Below are positions 36,667 through 48,600 of a stretch of DNA of 63,796 nucleotides, one piece after another. The notes below the pieces were generated by a model. The model saw nothing but the letters and a program-made list of their open reading frames with translations. It did no database searches and had not been told where the DNA came from. The position numbers were made by a program, and so were the translations under genes. The DNA is from Octopus bimaculoides (Eukaryota), in contig NC_069001.1 of NCBI RefSeq assembly GCF_001194135.2, positions 33,612,588 to 33,676,383 on the forward strand. Reading direction: 5' to 3'. The stretch's first letter is position 1. Each line of letters starts with the position of its first letter.

Positions 36667-39600
36667 GTAATGTAGTTTTGTGTTTTTGTTGTTTATTTAC
36701 AAGAAGAGGGGCAGCACCACCATGACCTTTGTAGTCCCTTAGAGAATTAATGATTGATACAGTTGGTGTTTAGCTTGAACCTCTCAATGTTAATTTGTGT
36801 TGGATAAATGTCAACAAAGAGGATTTCCAGTTTTTGTGTAATGTAGGTTATATGAGTCAGTTTGATGATGCGATGATGGGAGAAAGAGTTGGTGAATTTG
36901 GTTGGACACAAAATGTTAGTTCAAAGTCGCATCAGAAGAGACAGAATGAAGAAACAGCACATGGGAACCAATGTTTGTAACATGTTGGTGCCAATTAAAT
37001 GGATAGCCAATTTTGAATGCAGTCTAGTTCATATATGTATGTATGTGTGTGTGTGTGTGTGTGTGTGTAAGAGCAGGCCTGTTCCAGATGTGTCAGTAGT
37101 ATTATAAAGTGAACTGCATCTGAACTTTGTTGAGAGCAACTGACCAAGGCTGAATCAGGAGGCTTGATTTTGGGTTGTTGTATTAGCAATTCTGTTGTGT
37201 AGCCCCAGATCAGCAGTGTTTGATCAGACATACGGTCAGCAGGAAATTGGCTGAATGTCTAGGCTTGATTTACAGATCTCTTATTCCAGAAATACCATGT
37301 CTCCATTTGCTGAAATGCTTACTGCACAATCTACCCTGCAATGATGAATAGAAAGAAGTGAAATGTGAGACAGTCTGGACATGCAGTGATGAATAGTTTA
37401 GGATAAAGTATGACAGGGTGAACATGGAATACTCTCTGACATCATCATCATCATCAATCTGAATTTTAATTAACACTCTTTGTTGTATTAAAATACTTTG
37501 TAAATTTGTATTTTTTCATTACACAGCTTTTGTTACCAAATATTTTATGGCTGAATTCTCTCAACTGATTGATTGAGACTGTTTTCACCTCTCACTCTCA
37601 ATGTCTTATGCTCTCTCTCTCTTACACACAGAGGAACACTGATGTTTTCCTTTATTTTATTCCCTGTTTTTAACCTCTGTTAGCTTCCAGGTTGAATGAA
37701 GTAAGTCTTGAAAGAAGCAGGATAAAGAGGGTTGTTTACCTGTAATATGGGAACTATGATCATACTAACAATAATATATGGCTGCCTTTTTTGCCAGCAG
37801 TGAATTATAAAATTGATGTAAATGGTATCTCTGTTTACATCATAGACAAATATGCTGAGTTGGCTAGGGAGCCTTTACAAGCATTTTCGATCTGCCAGAA
37901 ATAGCAGCCAGATTTTTTTCAAATCCCACATTTAAATGCCATAGAAAAGACTACATTGCATAATGCAGTCCTGGATTCCCTGTGGGTATGAAAAAAAAAA
38001 CCAGAATGGTCCAGCTGAAATGCCTTTGATTGTAAATCTGCTTCACAGAGTTGACAAGGGTTTAGGCAACGATGAATATATGCGTAGCGATAACGTTTTT
38101 TGCTTCTGTATTTTTATATATGCTCTTTTTTTTTCTCTCTCTCTCACTTTCTCCAGGGATTGAATCCTTCTTCAGTAAACAGAATTGTTTGGATACAAAA
38201 AGTGAAACATCTAAATCACGTGGAAGAACTTCTCTAAAAACTAGACTGTCTTTAAAGCGGAAAAAGAAAAAAAGTGAGGAACAGGGGGGGAAATTATCTA
38301 ATGGTGTTATTGAAGTAATTGACATAACAGAAAATGGAATGGAAGATTGTTTAACAAATTCATTAGTTTCAAAGGATCAAATGGAATCTGCAAGTCTTGG
38401 TCTGATGCTTAATCCATTGTCATTAGATGTTAATGAGAATGATATTGAATTATCAAATAATCACTTGGTACCAAATAAAACTGAAGTTACACCATCAACA
38501 ACAACAACACAAACATTACAACATGCATTGCCATTGGATGGTAATGACAAACTCTGTGATGATAAACTGCAGTCAGTGTTAGAAGGAAATATTCTGTGTT
38601 CGCAAAGTGAAACAAATGATAGCAACTCTTGTCGATTAAATCTAAATGAACCAGGAACAGACAAGGTTTTGGATTCGGACATTGTTAAAGAAACAGTGGA
38701 CTGTACAAGCATAGATTTATCCAGTGAATCAAAATCATCAAAGAATATGAGCAAATCTCTACTGGCAGAACAAGCAGGTGATAAGCAGCAAAAACAGAAA
38801 CCGCAATTAAATTTACCTGATTTTGGAAAACCAATCTCTTCAGATTCTTCTAGCATCGATTCATCTCCTGTGGATGGTCTCGAAAGCTCTGTATCTAAAT
38901 GTAAATCTGATGAATTTCTTGATGAAGGAACTGGATCTCAACCTCAAGAGATGGAGGCTGATGGGGATACAGATGTCAAGTTCCGTGTCCCTTATTATCT
39001 GGAGAACTTTATGGCAATGATGTCACAGGTGTTAGAAGATGATTATTACAGATCCCTCTTCAATGAAGATGATATGGAAGTTGTTGAGAAATTTAACAGA
39101 CTCTCAGGTCAGTTTACAAATTCGGTTTGTCTCCATGAATTTTCTATGACTACTTCATTTGCTGTAGAATTAATTAAGGAATGAGATTCTATAGAATTAA
39201 GGAGAGAGAGTCTATAGAATTAAAAATTCTATAGAATTAAAGATTCTATAGAATTAAAGATAGAGGTTCTATAAAATTAATTGAGAGAGTGTCTGTGGAA
39301 TTAAAAAATTCTATAAAATTAACTAGAGATTTTATAGAATTAATGAGAGATTCTATAGAATTAATTAACGAGAGATACTTTAGAATTAAGAAAAAGATTC
39401 TATAGAATTAAGCAAAGAATATATAGTACTAATTAAAAGATTCCTAAGAATTAAGGTGAGATTCTATAGAATTGAAGATAGAAGGTGTAGAATTAATTAA
39501 GGTTTAATGTGTAAGCCCCAAGCACCTGTATGAAGATAATAGGAAGAATAACATTTTAAAGATGGAATTTTTTTACTTCTGACAGAGGTTGCCCAGAAAC

Positions 39601-42600
39601 TGTATGTGCGGATGTTTTCACGCAAGTTGATGTGGAGAATGCAGATAAAGATAAAGTATCCAGAGATTGCTGAAAACCTTTCAAGCTTTATAAATGAATT
39701 AATCGAAGCTGGTTTGGCCCACTCAGGTGAGAGTTTCAGAGAATTATCTGATTGCGTTTTCTCTTTCTTCTTATTGTTCTTGTTGTATATAAACATTTGT
39801 CTTAGTGGTTAGGATGTTGGGCTCACGATCATAAGGCTGTGTATTTGGTTCCTTGACTGGGTGATATGTTGTATCCTTGAGCAAGAGTACTTCCTTTCAT
39901 GTTGCTACAGTCTACTCAGCTGTAAATGAGTATCAACCCAATACTGGTGAAGCCTTTTCTTCCCCCAGCTGCTGTCATATCCTCAGTGTTCCTCCGTGTC
40001 AAGAATGGGAGAGTTGAGAGCGTATCTGTTTATGACTACATGGGTACCCAAAACAATGAAAGCATGTCTCACAGCTGTTTAGGTAACTGAGTTTTGCTGA
40101 AGATAGAATCTTCATGGAATTGAAGTGGAGTTTTCTTTGTCTTCTTCAAGATATCTGAAAGATAAGAAATAATTAACAAAATACTTGACAGTTATACAAT
40201 GATTCTTGTAAAAGGCCAGAAATTTGAGAAGAGAAGTTAGTTGATTATATCAAACACATTATCTACATTCGACAGATATTTGTCCTCATCTTGTTTGTTG
40301 TTAACACAACGTTTCGGCTGATATACCCTCCAGCCTTCTTCCATTAAGCATTGTGTCCACTGTGGTGATTATTCTGCCAGCTCACCACCTTAATAACAAT
40401 AACAACAACAACAACAACTAATAATAATAATAATACCAGCAACAGCACCTGTTGTCTGTGTCCATTTGTATAATAATAATGTTTATAACTTTTGTTCCAG
40501 TCTGTAAATTTGGAAGTAGAAATATAATTGATTTAATCAGCCCCTAATTCTTCACTGATATCTCTTTCATTGATCTTAAAGGAATGAAAGATGAAGTTAG
40601 CTTAGGCAGGATTTGAATTCAGAACAAAGGAACTGACAGAATAGTGCAAAGCCTTTCCTGTGACCCTCTGCATTTCAACTTTTAACAAACTCTATCGTTT
40701 TATTCTTGTCCATTATAGTAGCATTTATTTCATTTTCAGAACAAAACCTGACCAGCCTGGAGGAGACACTACACCTCTTGCCTTCTGCAGATTTGAGAAC
40801 AGTTGCCAAATCGTTTTACCATAATTGTTCCAACCAGACCAAGGTACAAATAGTTGACCTTTTACTGAAGCACTGCAAACAACAGTCTGTCAGATCTCTC
40901 TTTGAACCAAATGGATTGCAAACTGTGGAGAAATCAATGATGAATCGGTAACACTTTTGTTTTATTGTAATGGAAAAAGTGGCGGGGGGGGGGATATAAA
41001 GAAGGTTTTTATTTACATTGAGGCAGGGGCTATGACTTTTATAGATCCTCTGAGATTGGCTTAGCTAATTTTATTGCTGCAGGAAAATCATGTGCAGGGA
41101 AGGGGTTCCAGAGGGATGATATTCAGAGGAGGGAGGATATGGTGCAGTTGTTACTGTAAGTCCTGTGAAGGGAACACAGTATGGGTGACAAGTGGAGGAG
41201 AGATGAGTGATTGGAGACTGTCTGAATGAAGGGAACATTTGACCAGTCATATAGTTAATCTGTTTTTACCTGTGTTTATCCAAACTAACATGGGTTACAA
41301 GAATATATTATTGAGGTATTGTTTTACAACCACATGGCCTTCTTGTTGCTAACCTTTACTCGTTTTTCAAATCGGAGATATCTGTAGTCTTGGTAGAAAA
41401 GCTAGAGAGAAGAGGCAGCATGTCTGTGGGCCAGATGTTGGTGTGTATTGATGAACGAGTTGATAACAGTTAACTGGTGGCCTTACTGTCAATTTGGTGT
41501 AGGATATCTGTGTGTAGAACAGCTATAGCAGCAACTGTCCTTGAGATGGGAACTATTTCATTGTGGGACTCACCTGACTCTTGTAAACCAGGAAAATATA
41601 GGAGGTAGGAATAAACAAAACATTATGATGATGATAAAGAGAGTGAATTCGAGGTTGTGCCCCCGCCACTGCTTGATAGCTGGTGTTGGTGTGTTTACAT
41701 TCCCATAGCTTAGTGGTTTGGCAAAAGAGACCAATCGAATTAATACCAAGCTAAAAAGAAATTACTGGGACCGATTCATTCAGCTAAAAATTCTTCAAGG
41801 CAGTGCCCCAGCATGGTCACAGTCTAATCACTGAAATAAAAGGTAAAAGATGTTAGTGTGTGCGTCTCCTTGTCTTGATATTGTGTGATGTAAATGCATA
41901 TCGTTCATTCCCAATATTCTGTGAAAACTTGTCTGGCCATTGGGAAATATTACCTTGCTTGGAAAAAGGAAAGGGTTGATGACAGACAGACAAAGCATCT
42001 GGTTGTAGAAAACTTGTTGCAATAAATTCTTTCTGACTCATGTAAGCATGAAAAAGCAAATGCTAAATGATGATGAGAATTGGTGTAAATGACTGAAAGC
42101 TTAATCAAAAGCTTTATCATATCACAGTTGGTGGCTTTTAAACTTTTTTTTTATTTCCCTGCTTCTAATTCCATGGTTGGAGTTAAATTTGCTTTTAATT
42201 TTGGCATTGATGATAATAAAAGAAGCAGATAAGGATTTGGTGCCAGGGGAGGGTGTTATATTGGCCTGAAGTCACAAATGGTATTAACTGTTTATAGTTC
42301 CAGTTCAGCCTTGATCCAGTTGACATGATCCATTCCAGCCATGACTAATCCACCTCTTTACTTTGTCTTACTTTGAAGATCTGTATTTTTTTTTTTTTGA
42401 GCTGAAAATAAAGTGAACAGTTGTTGCTTAACCCTGATGTAGCAGTCTTGTTGTTGAAAGTAATCCAGCTGTGACCAACCTGTTGTTTTTTAAGGATATC
42501 TAGGACTAAATTACTTGAAGTGTCTTTTTTCATTTAAGAAAGCAAGGTGTGAATTGAGGAAAATCTGGCTACTATTTCTAGCATCTTAACTGACCATGTA

Positions 42601-45600
42601 GATTCTCTGTTGTGGGTTTAGTGAACAAGATTTGGTGCAGATAGTAATGAATGTCTAATTCCTCAAGAAATAGCAGTCAAATCCCCCTCAGATCACACCT
42701 GAGCATCTTTGAAAAAAAAAATTTACACCTGAGAAAGGAATACACTGGAATGTCTGTCTTTACTTATAAGTCTACTGTTCCAGACTTCTGCTATTCCATC
42801 AGCATTGAAATGGATTTAAAAAACACCATCAACAACAACATTGAAAGTTGACATTTCTGAAACCATTTATTGGATTATTTCATAAATTCTAATTGTTGTT
42901 TATTTGATTTGTTACAGCGCCAAAAAACTTCTTGGACCATGCTTTAAGTTAGTGGAATCTCATCGCTCTGTTTTTGTACGTTTGTTAACTCTGTTCTCAT
43001 TGTGTGTGAACTCTATGGATGACGAAACTGGTGGTGCAATTTCTGCACAATTGTAAGTTGCTAATTTTCATATTGTTCTTACTATTATTATTATTGAAGC
43101 AGTGAGCTGGCAGAGATGTTAGCGTTTCAGCCAAAATGCTTAGCGGCATTCCATGTCTTTGCATTCAGAGTTTAAATTCTGTCAGGGTTGACTTTGCCTT
43201 TCATCCTGTTGTCGTCGATAGAATAAATACCAGTTGAGCCCTGGAGTCAATGTAATTGACTAGCCCTCTCCCACCTATATTGTCAGACCTTGTGACTATA
43301 GTCAGAAGGATTATTATTATTATTATTATTATTAAGGTGATGAGCTGGCAGAATTGTTAGCATGCCGGGCAAAATGCTTAGCGGCATTTCATCCGTCTTT
43401 ACATTCTGAGTTCAAATTCTGCCTTTCATCCTTTCGAGGTCAATGAAATAAGTACCAGTTGAGCACTGGGGTCGATGTAATCGACTCGCCCCCTTCCCCA
43501 AAATTTCAGGCCTTGTGCCTACAGTAGAAAGGATTATTATTATTATTATTATTTTAAAGCAGTGAGCTGCAGAATTATTAGCATGCCAGACAGAATACTT
43601 TGCAGCATTTTGTCCATCTTTACATTCAAATTCTGCCAAGGTTGACTTTGCCTTTCATCCTTTCAAGCTTGATAAAATAAGTACCAGTTGGACACTGGGG
43701 TCAGTGTAAGTCAATTACTAGGGATATTTGAAGAAGGAATTTTTATATTCCAAAATATTATATCAGACTATGGATGATTAAATTACAGCAGTTATTATAA
43801 TCCATTGTTGTTATTATAGTGCATTGTTGTGCCATTCAAAACCCATTTTTTTACAAACAATACACAAAGCTTCAAACAAACTACAATACTCTCCTATATA
43901 TATATGTATATATATACAGATATATATATGTATATATATATGTATATATATATATATATNNNNNNNNNNNNNNNNNNNNNNNNNNNNNNNNNNNNNNNNN
44001 NNNNNNNNNNNNNNNNNNNNNNNNNNNNNNNNNNNNNNNNNNNNNNNNNNNNNNNNNNNNNNNNNGAATCAGTAATGTATATTTTTTGTCATTTTATGTC
44101 TTAGTTTTAATTTCGAATCCAACCAGAGTGGATTTTGCTATAACCAAGAATCCAAAAGATTTGAGGATTTGATATCACCTGTTAGAATATTTACTCAAGT
44201 TCTAAATTTTCAGGTTTCAGATGCTGCAAGTAAACATTGGTCGTGTTGTGTTCCCCACTTATAAAATTCACAGACAAACAGAAATCTTTCAATCAAGAAA
44301 TGACTTAATCAGGTAAAAAAAAGCTCATTAATACTCATTTACATAGTTTTGCTTTTTTTTTTTTTTCAATTAAGCCAGAGTGGGGAAGGGCAATGCCTGT
44401 GACCCTTTTAAAATGGGATAATTGTCATCACATGCGCATTTTCCATTACTGGCATGGGTTGGACAGTTTGACAGGCTCCTACGGTCCCAAAGACTGCATC
44501 ATGCTACAGTGCTTGTTTTGGCATGGCTTCTACAGTTGGATACCCTTCATAATGCCAACCACTTTACAGAGTGTACTGGGTGCTGTTTTGTGTCACTAAC
44601 ACTAGTGAGGCCATCCAGTTTTGCAAGACTATGAATCCTGAGGGGGAGGGCTTTATGCTAGGAGATGATGGGGCAAAAGTATGAGAGAAGGGGCCAGAGC
44701 AAATCTGGTCTCTTACTGTGGAGGAGCTGCATGACATTTTAGAAGGGAGGGCTGGAGGGATTGAGGGAGGGTGTGGGAGATGACTGACCATGTTGAGCAA
44801 TAGAACAGTCATGATGAAACAATGATGTTCATTAGAAATTCTTTTATGAAGGCCAGTTCTTTGGTGTTACTCAGCTGAGAGAGGTATGGGATTCTCTGAT
44901 GAATACACAAAATATGCATAAGTAACTACTATTTTGACTATTACATAAAATCTAGTGAAACCTGACTGGATTATGGTTTAGATATTTTAGTTACTACAGG
45001 CTTCCATACTTTACTACAACCAACAAAGTAATGGGTTTCTGATGATTATATGAAATAGACAAGTAACTACTGTCTTGGCTATTACATAAAATCTAGTAAA
45101 ACTAAAGTGGGTTACAATTGGGATATTTTGGTTTGTGCAGGCCTCCATACTTTACTACCCTGCTTCCACTAAATCTATGTATTCTTCTGGTATTTTCCTA
45201 GGTATGGTGATGCTATTCAACTGGACAGTGAAATGGTTTCTAGAATGGAGAAGAAGGATTTATCTGGTGCCTATGAAGTCTACCTCAAAGCCAAAATGCT
45301 CTACGATGACAACAAAAAGGACAAAAGAATAAAAATGTAAGTTATCTTTGAAAAGTAATTTTTTCTCTCTCTCTCTTTAAACTTGTGTGTGTGTGTGGGT
45401 TTGTTTGCATTTGTCATCATCATCTGGTCAGGCTTGCTCAGACAAATGTCTTTCAATTGCTACTGTCTTGTCTATGGTCACAGGTCCTATGGACGATTGC
45501 GGTGCCAGTCAAACTGATGAGTTTCCCAGACCAAGTTTCCTAAGAGTGTAATTTGTTCCGAGAAGTTAGAAGAAATCCAAAGACAAAGTATTTTTTATGC

Positions 45601-48600
45601 TTTGCTTCTTTATTTAAGACACTAGGATATAATTTGTAGGAGATTTGCTTGCTATTTCTAGCATATCAAGCAACCCTGTAAAGGCTCCCTCATTATTTCA
45701 AAGTTATGCTATATATGGAGGAATAGATGTGTTAGTTATATAACTGGTAAAAGATGGCTGAGTTGATTAGATGTTGAATAACTAAGCTAAGTGGTCAGTA
45801 TTCTGTGTTCTACCCCTGGCATTGGATTTAGGAACCACTGTTAAGTTCTGGGTTTTATGTAATTAACTTCCTGCCTCCTCTCAAGATTGCTGGCCTTGTG
45901 CCAAAATTAGAAAGACTCTTGTAACAACACAATCATCATCATCATTGCTTAACATCCGCTTTCCATGCTGGCATGGGGGAGCCGGTCAGGTAGGAGCCTG
46001 CATTAGGCTTCTGCAACTGTTTTGGCAGGATTTTTACGGCTGGATGTTCTTCCTAACACCTACCACTCAACAGAATGGACTTAGTGCTTTTCACGTGGCA
46101 CAAGCAAAGTCAAAGAAATTAATCAAACATTGTATAATTAAATACATGTAAATTTACTTATAATTGATTCAGATTTTAGATTGTCTTATGTAAAAATAGT
46201 GACATCTCAGGCCTTATAATTGCACTGTGGACCACCATAACTTCGGTTTGGAACACTTGTGGTCTGTCTGGGCCTTGATGAGCGTTACTGGTATAGTCCA
46301 TTTAGTAATAAGTAGGTACCACAGGATAGTAGTATAGTCTAGTCAAAAGTAGCTTTAGAATGGTACAGTCCTCTTAGCTGTAAGTAGGTACCCAAGATGT
46401 GCTATGATCTACTTAGTAATAAGTAGATACCACAGGTGGGTGGTATAGTACACCCAGGTAAAAACTCATTAATGCTGTTGCTATCATGCTATCTTTTGTT
46501 ATTTTTGTTTGTTTAGGTGGGACAAGAAACTACCCCTATTTCTGAGACATTGTACCACTGGGTACGTTTGTTCCCATATCCTCTTCCAAGGGGTTGAATT
46601 GCTTCAAAGACAAAGGAACTACAAAGATGCTGTTGCGATATTAGAGGAGTTACTGTCCCAGGACATATATGGCTGCAGCCACAGAGGTCGTTGGTATGAT
46701 CGATTGGCCTTGAACTTGGATCAACATTTGCAGTCACCAGGCAAGGTAGAGCAATTAGTCTTGTTTTGAAAACAAAGTTTCCATGTTTTCCCTTTCAGCT
46801 ACCCTACTCCTCCCCTCTTCTTCTTTCCTTTTCTCCCCCTCTCCTTCCCCCCTCTCCTCCTGCTTGATCTGGACTGACTTAATGGTGGTGGGAGTTAAAC
46901 AGTAACAAGGAGAAAACACATGACATAAAAAAGGCACCAGAGGAGCGATGCATACCCTGTGCACAGATAAATTTTTTTCTCAAATTATAGTGTGGCCTGC
47001 AATGTGTTGCTTATCCACACTTTTTAATTGAACTGAATTAAGCTTTGTAAGTGTTTGTCTAAAAGCGGATTGGAAGTCTGAGTAGATGACAGCTAAAAGT
47101 AGACTTGATCGATGTCTACACCAAACACATGAGTAAAATTTGCATATGACTAAATAAATGATTATTCAAATAATAATCATGATTAAGAAAAAGAAAGTGA
47201 ACAAAATGAAATACTTATAGAAAATGTTGCATAGAATTTCAAAAGATGCTTGGATTTGGTCATTCAACCATTCATTGACACCTGCATGCCACTGTAAAAG
47301 TCAGCAAATTGGGTCAATGGGTTCCTCACAAACTTCCCGAGTCTAATTGCGTGCACAGAGTGAATGTTGTAGGTGTTGTTGTCAGACTGTAAACACTCAG
47401 AACCAAAGCTGCAGGACGTCACATTTGATGCTCTACCAATTCCACCAGTCTACTGTCTTGCATTTGTATTTTATTGACTCTGAAAGGATGAAAGGCAAAG
47501 CTGACTGGATGTGACTGGGGAGGGTCTCCAGAGGCTCAACATCACCTTGGAGGATGCAGAGGGACTGGCATGGGACCATCAGTGATGGAGAGTGCTGGTG
47601 GTCCTGGTTGGCTGTACACATGATGATGCCTCAGGGTCCCATTAAGCAAGCAAGAGTATGAAACACCAGGTAACTCCCATCTGATGTTCCAATGCCAATG
47701 CCTGTTCACCATATATAATATGTGTGTATGTATGAGTATGTGTGTGTTTGTGTGAGTGTGTTTGCATGCATGTATGCACATGTATGTGTGTTTATGTGTT
47801 AAAATTTGTTAATTTTCTTTTTGTTATTGTTTTGTTTCCAGGCTCTGGACATAATAGAAAAAGGTTTGAAGGACTCTTTGGTTTCTGTTGGTCACAGATA
47901 TTCTTTATATTTAAGAGCAGAAAAAATTTGCAAAGATTCCAAATCTCGCTGGCACAAAAGATTAAAGAAACTCAAACATGAACCTGTTGTTGAGGCTCCT
48001 AAGGTATGTTTCACACCTTTACAGTCGAAGGAATTTTTCTAAACCACCAATTACAGGTACAACACTAACTGATGGTTCAGAACCTCTTATAGTTTGCACT
48101 AATTTACCTTGATACCTGTATTTTGATTAATTCTTTTCATAAATTTAATATATGTTTAATTTAAGGTGGTCAGCTAACGGAGTCGTTAGCATGCCAGGTG
48201 AAGTGCTTTGTGGCATTTCGTCCATCTTTAGGCTCTGAGTTCAAATCCTGCTGGGGTTGGATTTACCTTTCAGGGTCGATAAAATAAGTACCAGTTGAGT
48301 GCTGGGGTTGATTTAATTGACTTTAGCCCCTCCCCCCAAACTACTGGCCTTGTGCTAAACTTTGAAGCCAATATTTGTTTCATTTAGTGAGTGCTGACCA
48401 GGGTGACCACCCATGTTTCAGAAAAACCAGTTAGCCTGAAAGACTTTGGTACCTCTAATTACCTTAATTAATATGTTTGTTTTGTTTGTTTTAATTTTGC
48501 TTTCTTTATAGGGTAATCTAAAGGGATGTAACAAAGTAATATAAATGGATGCCTAGTTTTATATCTTGCTATTTTTAGTTTAATTCTTACAGAATTTAAC

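Noticed and set aside
39183-39500. Array as CRISPR-like repeats or heat-shock elements
   Set aside because: Eukaryotic intron with degenerate units, no unique spacers and no cas genes; TTC-N4-GAA spacing does not match the TTCnnGAA HSE.
43096-43553. tRNA genes at SINE heads
   Set aside because: They have A/B-box-like motifs but no cloverleaf and run into SINE bodies.
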